Positions 1 through 11,772 are shown, numbered from the whole stretch's first letter. The stretch: 54,222 nucleotides of DNA, filler included, from Sphacelaria rigidula (GCA_964200075.2; 5 parts of 5 records of this genome joined end to end with filler, not necessarily neighbours in it); one strand, 5' to 3'. Translations and numbers: made by a program. Notes: generated by a model from the sequence alone, not told the origin.

Positions 1-75
1 CCTCTCGACACTTCTTCTGTCCCCCCTCCTCTCTCCCTCTGCCGGCTTCCGCCCGCCGCCCCCCCCCCCCGTTTT

Positions 76-140
76 CTCCGTCTCGAAAGGGAGGCGTGGT
101 CAATGGTCAAACGACTAAGGCAAGCAACAAATGAGTACGC
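76..140 (+). mobile_element. 5'-truncated non-LTR retrotransposon (LINE) 3' end, family A
   Basis: Motif CTCCGTCTCGAAAGGGA.GCGTGGTCAATGGTCAAACGACTAAGGCAAGCAACAAATGAGTAC recurs at 14808, 32595(-), 33145(-), 52254 and 54057; flanked by C-runs. Confidence 0.7.
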
Positions 141-474
141 CCCCCCTGTGCCTCGACTAAATAGCTCAAGCGAGCTCACGACAGTAAATTAACGCAAAAA
201 TATGGGGGGAAAGTCGCGTACAATTTCACATGCCCGGGATACAGCGCATTACCAAGTTGCAACGGGTCCCACATGAACTTGCGATCACGTTCAAGTCTTG
301 CGTCACAAAAGACCTCCCGATGAAAAACGAGGACATAATATGAAGAGCGTCAAAGGACGCTCTGACAAACACATGAACGGCGAAACAGAACGGTTGTAGT
401 CGCCCACGCCTCCTCCTCAGCACCCCCCAAACAAGTTGCCCTTCAATCGCTCCCACTCTACATCTTTCACTCAC

Positions 475-1053
475 ATGCGGACTGTCCACCACAACGGGTA
501 CCCCCTTCTGCTCCAAATGCCGTCTAGGACCCACTCCAGACAGCATCAACAACTTCGGGGTCCTGAATGCCCCGCCGCACACCACGATCTCCCCTGTCGA
601 TCCCGGGGCGAATCGTAGCTGGCGTGTTCGTCGACGGCCGCCGGGCCACAACCGCCAACTGCCACCGCACTCCAATAACTCCACCCCCATTGCCCGCCCG
701 TCCTCTATGATGACTCGAGAGACGAGACTGTCGTCCCTAATTTTGAGGTTGGGCATGGTCATGACAGGGTTAACGAAGGTCTGCCACGCTGTGCGTCGAC
801 TCGTCCCGTCGTCGGTGGTGGTGGTTTTCCAGTGTTTCTTCAGGCCTAGTGTCGTCCATGTCTCCTCGATTTCTTCATCGTCGTTCGGCGAAGCGTTCTG
901 CCGCGGCTCGTGCTCTTCTCCTGCTGGTGGTGGTACTGGAGGCGTGAACTTGAAGCCTACTTCTTGTAGCATCCGGTCGTATGACGGGCCGATGGATCCC
1001 GGTGATTGTCGACGTTCCAATACTAGTTCCGTCTCGACAGACTTGAAACTAGC
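475..1053 (-). CDS. GMC oxidoreductase (choline dehydrogenase-like), internal exon
   Basis: CTCAG acceptor and GTGAGT donor; 579 nt, phase 0-0. Encodes ASFKSVE...NLKIRDDSLVSRVIIEDGRAMGVE...EIVVCGGAFRTPKLLMLSGVGP..HL...GVPVVVDSPH, the GMC_oxred_N signature. Confidence 0.88.
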
Positions 1054-1625
1054 CTGAGCGACAAAACCAGATGCGCATGATAGACGACGAGCTATTGTAA
1101 AACGTGATGCCCAAAGAGAGCGAATACCGCAACGTAATGGATCCCGACGTTGTCAGTCAGCGCCAAGCCATCCTGTTGTTCAAAACAGAAGATATGGTGT
1201 GTTCTCAGGCAATCCAGATCAGACAACACAACATAAACACGACCGCAACATTTATCTCCAGCGTTTCGATCGGATCTACCGTATCTGTTAACAGTGAACA
1301 GCACGCGGGAAAAGGATCTGCGACCTAATTGCTGCGTTTCAAATCATGTTCTCCGTCGGAGGTGGCATCGGCCAAGAGACACAACGCCTACGTGTGCGGC
1401 AAGCGAAGAGCACAAGAACGACATAAGGCAGGCAAAGACCTTGTCGGTAACACAGTTCCGCTTCAGCAGCTTACGGTTTACGTCGAATCCTCATTCTCAG
1501 GTCTCAGGTTCGCTACGGAATCGACGGAAGATGAACGCAGTCGTGTGTTGCTGTTGCAACGAATTTGTGGGGAGAATTCGGCGAAATGCTGGCAAGTCTT
1601 GCAATGGTTGACGCATGCATCGTAC

Positions 1626-1671
1626 CTCAACGTCCTCCAACTCCCACGGCCAGTGCTCGTAGTCTCCCTTG
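1626..1671 (-). CDS. GMC oxidoreductase, small upstream exon
   Basis: GACAG acceptor and GTACG donor; 46 nt encoding KGDYEHWPWELEDVE. Joins in frame to ASFKSVE and matches the GMC pattern DYDxW...WxxxDVxxxFKxxE. Confidence 0.65.
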
Positions 1672-3548
1672 CTGTCGCAGCGTCAACGCGGCGGAAGGGT
1701 GGCGAGGCGGGTACACTCAAAATGTCAAAATGCGTAAAAAATCCTCCAAAATACACAACGAGCGTGGCAAAACTACCCTGCAAAAGACACCAGCAGAAGC
1801 ATAATTCCCTGCAAAAAACACCCTTTGGCGTGGTGAAGAATTACCAGTTTACTGACAAACAGTAGAATCGAAACCGATTCCACGAATGGCGCGTCTACGC
1901 CAACTTTCGCCTGGATTGGGCGCTACCAGGCCCCAAACCCGAGCTCTGCCAGCGCATGATTTGCCTACCGTTCGATTCGCATTAGACCGACTTTTATGAC
2001 CTGCTAATATACTCAAGGACCTTATCTGACGGCCCGACCACTGGAGATGTGGCGGAGCTTTGAGCGTAAACCTTTTCATGTTCAGTTTTCCTAGATCTGG
2101 TTCTCGCGAGAAGTATAAATAGTCGAGGAACAGCTACGGTGATTGAGTGAGGGCGAGTCTGAAATACGTGGTAGTGTACTATTGTATGTCATGGAAATGC
2201 CGACGCAATATCTCATTTCTGTGCTCAATGTTCAGCAGCACTTGTTCATTTTGTAGGTGTAATCGGCATGGCCAGTGTCGGTTGGAATGTAACGTATGCG
2301 GAGGTATTAGCATATGCACGCGTCTCGTGCGGTGCTTTACCTCACCCTTTGTGATCTCTCTGGATCTTCTAGGTACTGTCGCCATCCTCACCATCTCCTC
2401 AATACTCTCATCGTCCTGCCTGGACTATCGCCAGTTTATCAGATTTGTGTCAGTGTGTATTGGCCGCAAGCGCCATGTTTACAACATACAAGTATCGTCT
2501 TGTGCACTGAAGCACTGCTGTACTTTTGCTGCTACAAGCTCTCCGAGCCAGTACATCTGACTAACGTTGGTGTGCGTCAGCCTCGGCCACCACCTGCTTG
2601 GGTACCCATAACATTCTCCTCAAGAGGTCACGAGCCTCGAGGTATCCTGCGTGGCGCCGGTGTACTTCGGGGAGCAACGACTTTTACCACCCTGTGAGCG
2701 ATTCTGTGTGGCATCTCCGTGCGGACTGCTGTATTTCGGATCTTGAATAGGCTGGGGTCTACATCGAGCCAATCCGTCTTGCTGTGTGGACACGGATTGA
2801 TCACCCGGCGTTCTTTGCTGCGTATACGGTACGACCCTGTTTTGTGTAGAGCATTCGGGGGCATAATATCTAGACGTGGGTCGGTTTCGGTCGACGCATA
2901 GAGTTGTGCAGCCCTTTATTTTCTTCTTTTCCCGCGTGCTGAGCCTTTGTGTTCGGGGCGTGTGTAACAGCAACTTCAGGAATATTGCTCTCCCAGGGCA
3001 TTCCCTCCACTACTGTGAGTTTGTGCGTCGCTGACGTGCAGCTTTGTTTGCCAGACCATACCGTATACTCGCTCCTGAGTATCATACTAGGCCTGCTAGC
3101 ATCGTATGCAGCAGCCGAACCGAAGCCTGCGCGGTCAGCCGTGTAGAATGTCTGATCTGTGCACCTAACCCGTGTACCTGAAGGACATAGCCGGAGTTCG
3201 AGTCTCCTGGGGCCACACGGCCGGAGTATGAGGCTCCGTGTGGCGAAAGACTGCAGAGTAATTACCTACGGTCGCTTAAGCCTGTGGTCCTTGGCGTATA
3301 GCTAGTCTGGGCAGTACATATCGACATGTCTGCCAGACGAGGAGGGTTGTACGCTGCGTGGCTGCACCGTGCCTAAAGCCTAGACGTGGAGTGTAGCGAC
3401 GACATGTGGACGGTACCACAGTTGCGCGCCGAGCAACTCGCGTTCTCATCGGGTTCCAAACGTACCTAGTATTAGCTTATGCGCCAAGCGCGTAGCACAG
3501 GACCTCTGCCGTATCGGTCCTGAAGAGTGGTGGCGGGCTTGCGTCGCA

Positions 3549-4930
3549 ATGGCGGACTCAACTTTGACTTTGCATCACACTCTCAAATCGATCGCCGAGT
3601 TTGGTAGCCTAAACTACAGTGAATGGACGTCAAAGCTGCGGCAAGCAGTTGACTTTCATCAACCGTACATACTAACTATCCTGGACGGGGGGCTTGCCCC
3701 GCGCCCGTGGGATCTTCTCCGACCAACGCCGACGAAATAGCAGCTTGGCGCAGAGTCAATGATCATCTCCTCTCGATCTTGTTTTTCTTGACTACGGGGT
3801 CGGCACACCTCACCGTCAAGGTCCATGAGGGCACGACCGCGGCGGCCGGCCTTGGTGACGGAGCGTCAGCGTGCGCGGCTCTCGCCGCGCGCTTCAACGG
3901 CAACACCAAGGTAGCCCGTCACGCGGCTCGTGAGAAAATTTTGACGCCCGTTATGGCGCCTGGAGAATACCCTACCGACTTTTTTGCGAGGATGCATGAG
4001 AATCGGCTTCGTCTCCAGGATAAGGGCGAAACCTTCCCCGATGAAAGCTACCAAGAAATCATCCTCCGCGTCCTGCCGAAGGACTGCGATTTCCTCAGGC
4101 AGCAAAGCTATCGAGATCGTGCCTTTGCCCTGGCTGCAATACAAACCACGGTCACAAATATGTTCATCGATGGGATTTCGCGTAAATCGTCGGCGAAGTC
4201 CGTCTGGGGGTGCGGCATTGCGATGCCAGCGGCTACAAACGACGTCCAGTGCCACAAATGCCAGGCTTAGAAAACTTGCAATGTGACTACCCCCAGCACC
4301 CGAAGCAACAAGGCAAAGTTCGGGCCAAGGGGAAGAAACACTGGGAAAAAGACGGGGGCGGGGATCCGTCTCCCAAGTGGTACTCGTACCACTAAACAAA
4401 ACCCCACAACGATGATGAGTGCCTCAAGAAGCGGACCCTCAAGGCACAGCGGCGGGGTTATTGCTGGGCAGCATGTTCTTGAAGGCGTTGCGACGGGGAC
4501 GACTCACGGTACCGTCACCGATGTAAGTGGAACCAAGCGGCTAGTGTCGTCTACGGCGGTTGTTGCACCTGATCTTGGGCAGAACCTGTTCTCTGTTGCG
4601 GCGTCATCAAACATGTTAGTAATGACGTTATTCGACTTTGTTCAACCGCAGCTTGTGATGGGGAGCGGGAGCGTCGTCCTACCAATGCAGCGGCTGGGGA
4701 GCGACGAAGTGCTCTGTTCTTTCTCGCTGGAAATCGACGGAGACTTCCGGGCAGCCGCTTTGAGCGCCGAGTCAGCAGACCTTTAGCACCGCCACCTGGG
4801 GCACATTGACCAGCGACGTATGTCCTGCGGCGGGAGCAGGGAAATGATGTCAAGTATGATGGCGATGTGCCGGCGTGCGATGTCTCTGTCATAGGAAAAA
4901 GTGCGCAGCAAGCGCACCCCAGGCGGTCGC
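3549..4930 (+). pseudogene. Copia gag / partial pol pseudogene
   Basis: Frameshifted ORFs: NYSEWTSKL, gag core (DGASACAALAARFNG...ESYQEIILRVLP), knuckle CHKC, PDLGQNLFSV, and GAG-pre-integrase/HHCC motif ADL*HRHLGH...ACDVSVIGKSAQQAHP. Confidence 0.8.
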
Positions 4931-4934
4931 CGTA

Positions 4935-5410
4935 CATCTTAGCCACCACCTTTTTGATTCGGTCCCATTTGGACACATCTTCGACAACCTGCGTCCACGA
5001 TGTCGCGTTTATTCCGAAGTTGAAACAGTATTCCGTGACAGACTGTTGTAGGCGTCTTGCTGATCGGCCTGCCTTCGTGTTCCCTCCGACCGTTATACTC
5101 CACGCATGACGATGTCAGAGAAGCGTTCATCGTGCATACGCACAGCACGACCGGCGTGTAGCAGGATTTGCCTCATCACAGTAGCCTCCATGCACTGGCA
5201 GCTAGTTCTTTCGAGGACCTCGTGGTATCGCAGCATGTGGTAGTCGGGGGCACTGCGGCTTAATTTATGCTTGTTTGGGCCCGCCAGTAGGAAAACTCGG
5301 TGGGCCTCCCGTAATGCACCAAAATTGTCGTGTGCGATCGTCCAGGTCACGCAGTCGACCACTTCAGTCTTCAGAAGGCGAACCTTGGTGGCCGGGTAGA
5401 TGTACGAGTT
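4935..5410 (-). mobile_element. RTE-clade LINE fragment (ORF C-terminus after RT)
   Basis: KVRLLKTEVVDCVTW...LREAHRVFLL...YHMLRYHEVLERTSCQCMEATVMRQILLHAGRAVRMHDERFSDIVMRG matches the RTE post-RT pattern (GC.TW...L..AG...RM...R.P..VM.G). Confidence 0.75.
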
Positions 5411-5620
5411 GAGACTTTCATCATCAGTCTACTAATTTTGTGTCCGAGTGTGTTGGTCGCAATCGCCGTGTTTACAAACACCCAGCTATCGTCATTTGCA
5501 CTGAAGTAATGCTATACTTTTGCTGCTACAAGCTCTCCGAGTTAACACATCCGACGAACGTTGGTAGACTTTAGCCTCTGCCACCACCTGCGTCGGCACT
5601 CACAACATCCCCCTCAATAG

Positions 5621-6198
5621 TGTAAAGATGAAAAACATTAGCACGGTACAGTAGTGTATGCTGGAAGAGTGGTATGTGGTGTAGCGGTGGGTGGGAGTGG
5701 TGGGTGGTGAGTGCAACTCCCCTGTGCAGTGAATACGCTGCAGCACCGCTGTGAAGTAGCGAAGCAAAGGGTACACGGCGAAGTGCAGGGCATAGCGTAT
5801 CGGTATCTGCGTTAATTTGAGGTACTTTATCTAGGGGAATCTCGACACCGGTTGAGAATAGGATCTCGGTGGTAGGTCCACGTCTTCGCTATTCTGCTCT
5901 TGGTCTCTCATCTTCTTATAGTTGTGTTTTGTATATGGTCTTTGTACCTCCTCTCTACAATATTGTCAATTTGTTCTCACTGTTCACTCAAGTTTTCTTC
6001 TTCGTTTCCTCTCCTTTTGTGCGCGCGTTTCTGTTTTATTAGTTTGTTTCTTGGGTAATGTCGCCACGCTCATCTTGCGACCCCGGCCGAAATCTTCGCG
6101 GATCCGTTCATGTGAGACAATCAATCTATTAGTCATTAATAATAAAAAAAACGTGTTTTGTTTGTCTTCTGTTTCCTTTGGACACGAGTTCCTCGACA
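5621..6198 (+). mobile_element. Possible solo LTR
   Basis: TG...CA bounded ~580-bp non-coding block with AATAAA near its 3' end, directly abutting the Copia LTR; no TSD found. Confidence 0.3.
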
Positions 6199-6653
6199 TG
6201 GGACACACGGCGAGTGAACCCATCATGTGACTTCGTGAGTCGTCATTTTAAGTGTGGCTACGGGATAAGTCTACATCAGGCACTGCATGATGCGTACAAC
6301 GTGCTCTCAATGTGCATCAGAGTGTGATGAATACTATAATCAATTGTTTGCCTGAGTTATGCCATGTCTATAGAGCAGTGGGAGACCGGCGTACAGCACA
6401 CGATGTAATACATACAATACACGATGGTATATAGAGTTGTACAGTGTATGACGACAATATATATGAGTGGTATATACCACACGGATATAGCGATATATCG
6501 GTGTGTGGGTGTGCCCGGTCGGAAATACCATCGTTTTTGGATATAAGGAGCACAATCGAGCACAATTTTCACGTTGCGAGCATAAATCGAGCATGATTTT
6601 TGTGAGAATGCGAGCATAATTTCCTCTTCGCGAGCATTGCTTTTGGTGAATTA

Positions 6654-6741
6654 GGCCGTGTCTTATAGAGACCGAGAGAAAAAGCGGGAGAAGAAACAAG
6701 CCCTTTTCGTTTGGTTTTTTGGATGTCGATTAGACACGGCC
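6654..6741. mobile_element. PIF/Harbinger (Tourist-like) MITE, 88 bp
   Basis: Perfect 10-bp TIR GGCCGTGTCT/AGACACGGCC with TTA on both sides. Confidence 0.75.
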
Positions 6742-6744
6742 TTA

Positions 6745-7690
6745 GGCCACTTATGATGTGTCAACGAACCCATCATCAAAACAGCCGTTTTTCAGTAACA
6801 CGTTTTCCAACACCTTTTTTTCTAGAAACCGACCTTACGTGCTCGAGACGTCATCAGAATCGGAAAAGCAATTTTCATCGCTTTCTGCAAGGCGTGTGGG
6901 CATTATTTTCGGATTGTGGTGCGCGCGAGAGAGACACAGCACTCTGTTTTTGTGTCGTGATGTACTGTATGGTCCATACCTTCTGTACTGTAATATTGAC
7001 TGGGCAGTACATGGTGGGCTACACGATGCAAAAATATATATTAAAAAGGGCACTGCCTTGCTGTACCCACTTACTGTAGAACTGACGGTTGTCCCTTTCC
7101 GCTGCACGGCAGTACCCCGCTGTATGAACAGCACGGACAACGGTACAGACAGTGCTGTATCGGATGCAATGACTGTAGTACTACAGTAGTATAGATATGT
7201 ATAGTCTTTTTGTGTGTACAGTACGGTCTTGTCTCTGCAAGGCTTGGATGCATGGACAGTCTGTGCTGCATTGCAACTGCTGTTGGCAGCACGCCGCATG
7301 CACAGAGCTGAACTGCGCTGCAACTCTACACGGGCTGCAAAGACTGCAGACTTCACTCGTCATCCACCCTGCCCTGTGCTGTTCTTATAGGGTAAAGGGC
7401 AACCACGCTAATAGCGGGCGAAGGTAACACCCCGACTGCCCGCAAGCACCAGCACCAGTAGTAGTGATGGTAGCTAAGCCAGCATGAGTGTTGTTGTGGA
7501 GTGTCAAACGGTGTAGATCGTGTTGATGAGCGTTGGGAATTCAAGCGCCTCTTCAATTGATTTTTTCGATGACCCCAAGTTATTGAAAAAAAAAAAACGC
7601 GTTTTCTGATTACACATAAGAAGTGGATTTTCTGTCTGTTACCAGAAAATGGTATTTTTATGATGGTTTTTATATACAGGAGAAGTGGCC
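6745..7690. mobile_element. Harbinger-like non-autonomous element
   Basis: TIR GGCCACTT/AAGTGGCC, flanked by TTA and TTG; interior rich in CTGTA/TACAG motifs. Confidence 0.5.
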
Positions 7691-7693
7691 TTG

Positions 7694-7882
7694 GGGCATG
7701 TCTTAGCACATTATTTTTGGATTGAAAATGTGCGGTGAAAAAGCGAATCTCCGATCTGATAGGTCGTGAGTTCAACCATCGTAATTCATGTTGACGACAG
7801 TTGAAATCACCACGTATCAGATCTGAATTCTTGTTGTCCACCGCACGTTGTCGATCGAAAAACAATGTGCTGAGACACGACC
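7694..7882. mobile_element. Harbinger-like MITE
   Basis: Imperfect ~19-bp TIR GGGCATGTCTTAGCACATT / AATGTGCTGAGACACGACC. Confidence 0.55.
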
Positions 7883-7960
7883 GTACTACAGCAGCAGAAA
7901 AATATACCTAACTAGCATACTCTAATTGGCAAGAGTTACGAGTATTCTTATTATTTCTTC

Positions 7961-8433
7961 GTAGTCGGCGATTTTGATTAGTGTTTTCGAGTCCCACCGC
8001 GCAACCCAGTGAACGTCTGATCCCAAAAGTCTAGGGATCGGGAGATACTAGGTATGCGCTCTACATTAAAAAGAATAAATCATATCTGTTCTCAATAGCG
8101 AATGACTTACGGGCTGATCGGATTTTGGGGGTCCTGCGACTACTCAGTCCCAGGTTCTGATCCTTGGGTATTATTGCTCCATTGATGCTATCTCGCTGGT
8201 TCTCGTGAACAAAAGAAATTGTTTTTTTTCCCCTAGTTTCTACCCACTCATTGCGCTAGAGCTGAAAAATTGTCTATTTGGACCCAGTGACGGTCGATAG
8301 CACCCCCTGATAAACGAGGTGCATACTCCGCGTCATCTCGACAACACCAATCAAAGATTGTGCCCTGGGCATGACCTGCTTATTTTCCCATTCTCTGTCG
8401 ACGCTAGCGCTTTCGAGTGCCAAGGAAAACTAC
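7961..8433 (+). repeat. Dispersed non-coding repeat (MITE-like, GTAGT...ACTAC ends), copy 1
   Basis: Alignable by eye along its length to 35188-35665 (e.g. CAGTGAACGTC.GATCCCAAA, TTT.GAGTGCCAAGG). Confidence 0.65.
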
Positions 8434-8566
8434 CCAATGACGAAAGTTGCCCACCCGATCTTTGCATAGCACAGGGCGGGTGAACCAATCCCGATCGCTC
8501 TCGCGAATAATTTTCTTGTTATTACTGTTATTATATCCGTCACATTAACTCGATATCTCGAACCCG

Positions 8567-9068
8567 TGGTCAGAGTATAGGGAGCATACCTAACCCAAAC
8601 AGGCGGCAGAGGAAGGTGAGAAACAAAACATCTACACGAAAAAGGTCACCTACACTACGAAAGATCTGCGTAAGACCGATTGACCTAAAGAAGACTCACT
8701 GGAATCTGACAAATCCTGGCGTGTGACCTCTCCGACTACCTTACCACGTACTGGTGTACACACAGAGTCTATAGTAACAGCGAGTAAGCCGGTAATCGAA
8801 ACTGTCGCATAGAGGAATGACCAATCCCAAAATAGATCTGCTGTCTAGAGCGTTGTTCAAAGAGGTCCTCTACAGAGCCTGCGCACGGAGACTGAACAAC
8901 GTCAGATAGGAAGATAAAATAAATAAATAAGGACAAAAAAGACGAGCGCATGGCGACGAGGAACGAAAACGAGGAACTATCATCTCCCTTGGGTTCTGGT
9001 CAAGTAGCATCGTCATAGAAACATAGCAGATAGGGCGTGTCTGGCCTACGCGCGATATAGCGCCATCA
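8567..9068 (-). mobile_element. Possible solo LTR
   Basis: TG...CA bounded ~500-bp non-coding block with LTR-like composition; no TSD or partner copy found. Confidence 0.25.
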
Positions 9069-9130
9069 GCAAAACATAATCATTTCGGAGTGTCCTATAT
9101 TCAACCATGAAAAGATGAGATACAAGAGAG

Positions 9131-9325
9131 TTTCGGAAAATGCTTTTTTGTCATTTCAGAGTGCAAATATCTCAGGATCAGAGTGCAGAATAAAAAATAA
9201 AAAATAAACTTCATAGAAAAAACGTGAAGGGGATACCACATTTGACAGAAAGGGAAATAATTTTTCGTTACACTCTGATCCCAAGATATTTGCACTCTGA
9301 AATGGCAAAGAAGCGTTCTCCGAAA
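9131..9325. repeat. Foldback inverted repeat, ~55-bp arms
   Basis: 9131-9185 (TTTCGGAAAATGC...CATTTCAGAGTGCAAATATCT..GGATCAGAGTG) is the reverse complement of 9271-9325 with 6 substitutions. Confidence 0.8.
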
Positions 9326-10135
9326 TTTTCTGCCATCTGTATGTAGTATCCACAACAAAGCAAGTCTAGTCAAAAACCCAACGGAAAAATAATATCCTGC
9401 CCTCAACGAAATTAGCCGCTCTGCTCTGCTCTTCTCCGCTGCAAGGTCCCCTTCAACGTTGATCCCCTGACGCTCTCATCTGTCCTCACCAGCATCCATG
9501 GTCAACGCGACTACCCATCCTCGCCAGAGTCTGGTCGCACAAAGTTCTCGTCGTTGTTCGTAGTCAGTGCCCCCTCTGCTTCCTTGCGTGATGGAACACC
9601 TCCTCCTTCAAGATGCACTCTGGTTCTGGTCTTCAAACTCGTCTAGGAGGCTCAACCAGACCTAGCCCGTCCGTCGACGACCGCTTCTCCTCCACCCTTG
9701 TCGCCGAAACCAGCCTACACACCGGCACACGCTTCTTCCCATCAATTGTGTGCATGCAAGCTGCCGACAGCGTTGTCATCTCCCTCCGCGCACACACCGA
9801 ATCCCAACATGCCCGCACTCAGGGTGTTGACATGTTAAAATGCTGTACTATAACAGCTGTGGGTATGCCTGATGGGCACCGAGCTCCACCACCACACCAC
9901 GGCCTTGGCCAGGCGTGCTAGTGAGAAGGAATCACTCCTTGAGGGCGAGTCCGGTCCTACACCCGCCGACAAGACCCTCCCCACGCCGTACCGACAAGAT
10001 CGGTCATGGCCTTCGTTAGAGGACGTAGAACGGAGGCTCAAAAGTACTAATTCCACATTTCCATATTTTTTGTTTCACGTATTCATCGCACAATAGTACG
10101 AGCTGGGCCAGCCTAGAGGCTGCATGGAAGTTTGC

Positions 10136-10411
10136 AGGCGGATGCGCCGGCCAATGTTTGGAGTTAGACCCTGAAATTTGGTATGGATAATGCATGGGGC
10201 ATGATAGAAAAATCGGGAAAAAGCACCACAAGTTTTTTTTTTTTTCCGTGAGTTAAGTGCGTGTTGCTGAAACCTGAAAACTGATTATTGCCCTTAACTA
10301 ACGACAAGGAAAAAACTTCGAGTGCTTCTTCTCGATTTTTTATTATGCTCTGTGCATTGTCCATACCAAATTTCAGGGTCCAACTCTAAATATTGGCCGG
10401 CGCATTCGCCT
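10136..10411. repeat. Foldback inverted repeat, ~90-bp arms
   Basis: AGGCGGATGCGCCGGCCAAT...GACCCTGAAATTTGGTATGG...AAGCAC mirrored at 10322-10411. Confidence 0.85.
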
Positions 10412-10519
10412 TTTAAAAAATCGGATCAGTAGAAATTCGGAACAGTATTTCGCAGGCCACTCACCAGCCCACATTTGGTTTTCGTGTATTGAAATTTTGT
10501 GTGGGCGCTCTCTAAGGCA

Positions 10520-10700
10520 TAATTAACGAGAGAAAAATGGGTCAGGTTGATTTTTTTCAACTTTTTTCACTGGTTTAGGGCGTTCTACTATGGTAAAGAC
10601 CGTTCCTTCGCCTTAACCTCTACTTGTATGACAAAAAAAAAATGGAAGGCCCATTTTTTTTTGTATTCGGCACCCTTTTATGGTTCTCCACACCAAAATT
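10520..10700 (+). repeat. Dispersed repeat shared with 20021-20190
   Basis: Shared TTTTTTCACTGGTTTAGGGCGT.CTA.TA.GGTAAAGACC...GGTTCTCCA. Confidence 0.65.
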
Positions 10701-10765
10701 CGTCGCCATCCGCTAAATGCATCGATCGGGAGTTTCATAGAGATTCGAGTATTGGCGCTATCTCC

Positions 10766-10865
10766 NNNNNNNNNNNNNNNNNNNNNNNNNNNNNNNNNNN
10801 NNNNNNNNNTTAATTAATTAANNNNNNNNNNNNNNNNNNNNNNNNNNNNNNNNNNNNNNNNNNNN
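10766..10865. other. Artificial scaffold linker (44N-TTAATTAATTAA-44N)
   Basis: Identical 100-bp spacer carrying a six-frame stop sequence, present four times. Confidence 0.97.
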
Positions 10866-10936
10866 GCTCCGTCCCGGCATTATAGGGATGCGAGGTCAAT
10901 GGTCTGATGACTGTGGCATGCATGATCATGAGTACG
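10866..10936 (+). mobile_element. LINE 3' end, family B
   Basis: GCTCCGTCCCGGC...AGGGATGCGAGGTCAATGGTCTGATGACTGTGGCATGCATGATCATGAGTAC; also at 14889, 30213(-), ~49480, ~51505 and ~52436. Confidence 0.65.
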
Positions 10937-11112
10937 GGTAGCTATTGACAACTACCACACGCCATATTCCCCTAACTTAGTTTCTTCGGGTTCTCCTTAA
11001 CCCTCCAATCGGATCACTTAAATTTCCCAAAGTTGTTTCTTCACCTAGGACCCCAACACTTCGGCATCGAGATCCAAATTTGTAGGGCGTGTAGTAGTTG
11101 TCAAAAGCTACC
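10937..11112. mobile_element. MITE with ~27-bp TIRs
   Basis: GGTAGCTATTGACAACTACCACACGCC / GGCGTGTAGTAGTTGTCAAAAGCTACC. Confidence 0.75.
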
Positions 11113-11141
11113 ACAGTAGGGGAAGGAATGGAATCACATTT

Positions 11142-11772
11142 CGAAGATTTATTTGGTGTGGATACGAAGATTTTTATTCCTCAGGTTCTTATCCTCAATG
11201 AAAAACGTCATCCACAGTGCCGAAGCTCGGCTGTTAATGCCCCTCATACATGAATACGCAACTACCTGAGGCGATAGCCGACCATAAACTCTGTGGGGTA
11301 AGGTGGAAACTTACATAGAAAAATGTGACACCATTCAGCTACTTTTGCGGTCAGCACTAGAAGTTGGTGGCCGCGATCTAGCTTGCATTGTGACCAGCGA
11401 TATATATATATATATATTTCTAGTTTTGTTTTTGTTTCGCGTCTGTGTGAATTGTTTCTGGGTCCAATTGTTTTCGATGTTTTTCTTCTACCCTAGCTTG
11501 GGGTAGTTGGCCTGTGACCACGGAAGGCGTCCGCATCAGATGCCCCGTACAGAGTACCGCGCAGATATGAGAACGGTTTTTCATATGAAGACAGCAACAA
11601 CAACAACAACAAGTAGATTATGGTCTGTACTATCGATATTCATTGCCGCCATGCATAGAATTTTGTACTCAATCTATCAATAACAGTCAATCATCCATTT
11701 TGATGATGGAGCTTTTCATTGAGGATGAAAATCCGGAGAACTCAAATCTTCGCATCCACACCAATTCTTCGG
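11142..11772. mobile_element. Non-autonomous TIR element, ~70-bp imperfect TIRs
   Basis: TTGGTGTGGATACGAAGATTT...ATCCTCAATGAAAA mirrored at about 11702-11772; internal (AT)n and (CAA)n tracts. Confidence 0.65.

Larger units (their letters stand above)
2404..5619 (+). mobile_element. Decayed, internally deleted Ty1/Copia LTR retrotransposon
   Basis: Diverged direct repeats at about 2404-2625 and 5414-5619, both ending CCTCAA.A. PBS-like GGTCACGAGCC at 2626; gag, protease-region and integrase zinc-finger remnants lie between. True 5' start of the left LTR is uncertain. Confidence 0.75.

Noticed and set aside
226..474. C-terminal part of the 264-aa ORF as GMC coding sequence
   Set aside because: Similarity ends at the GTGAGT donor (469-474); the rest is intron read-through
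1849..2079. Possible further GMC exon
   Set aside because: No GxGxxG or GGxSxxN motif. The N-terminal GMC exons were not found anywhere in piece 1
10810..10821. Regularly spaced palindrome TTAATTAATTAA as a biological periodic repeat
   Set aside because: Always centred in 88 Ns; it is a synthetic six-frame-stop linker
11400..11611. (AT)n and (CAA)n tracts (also (AT)n near 21955 and 32320)
   Set aside because: Ordinary microsatellites
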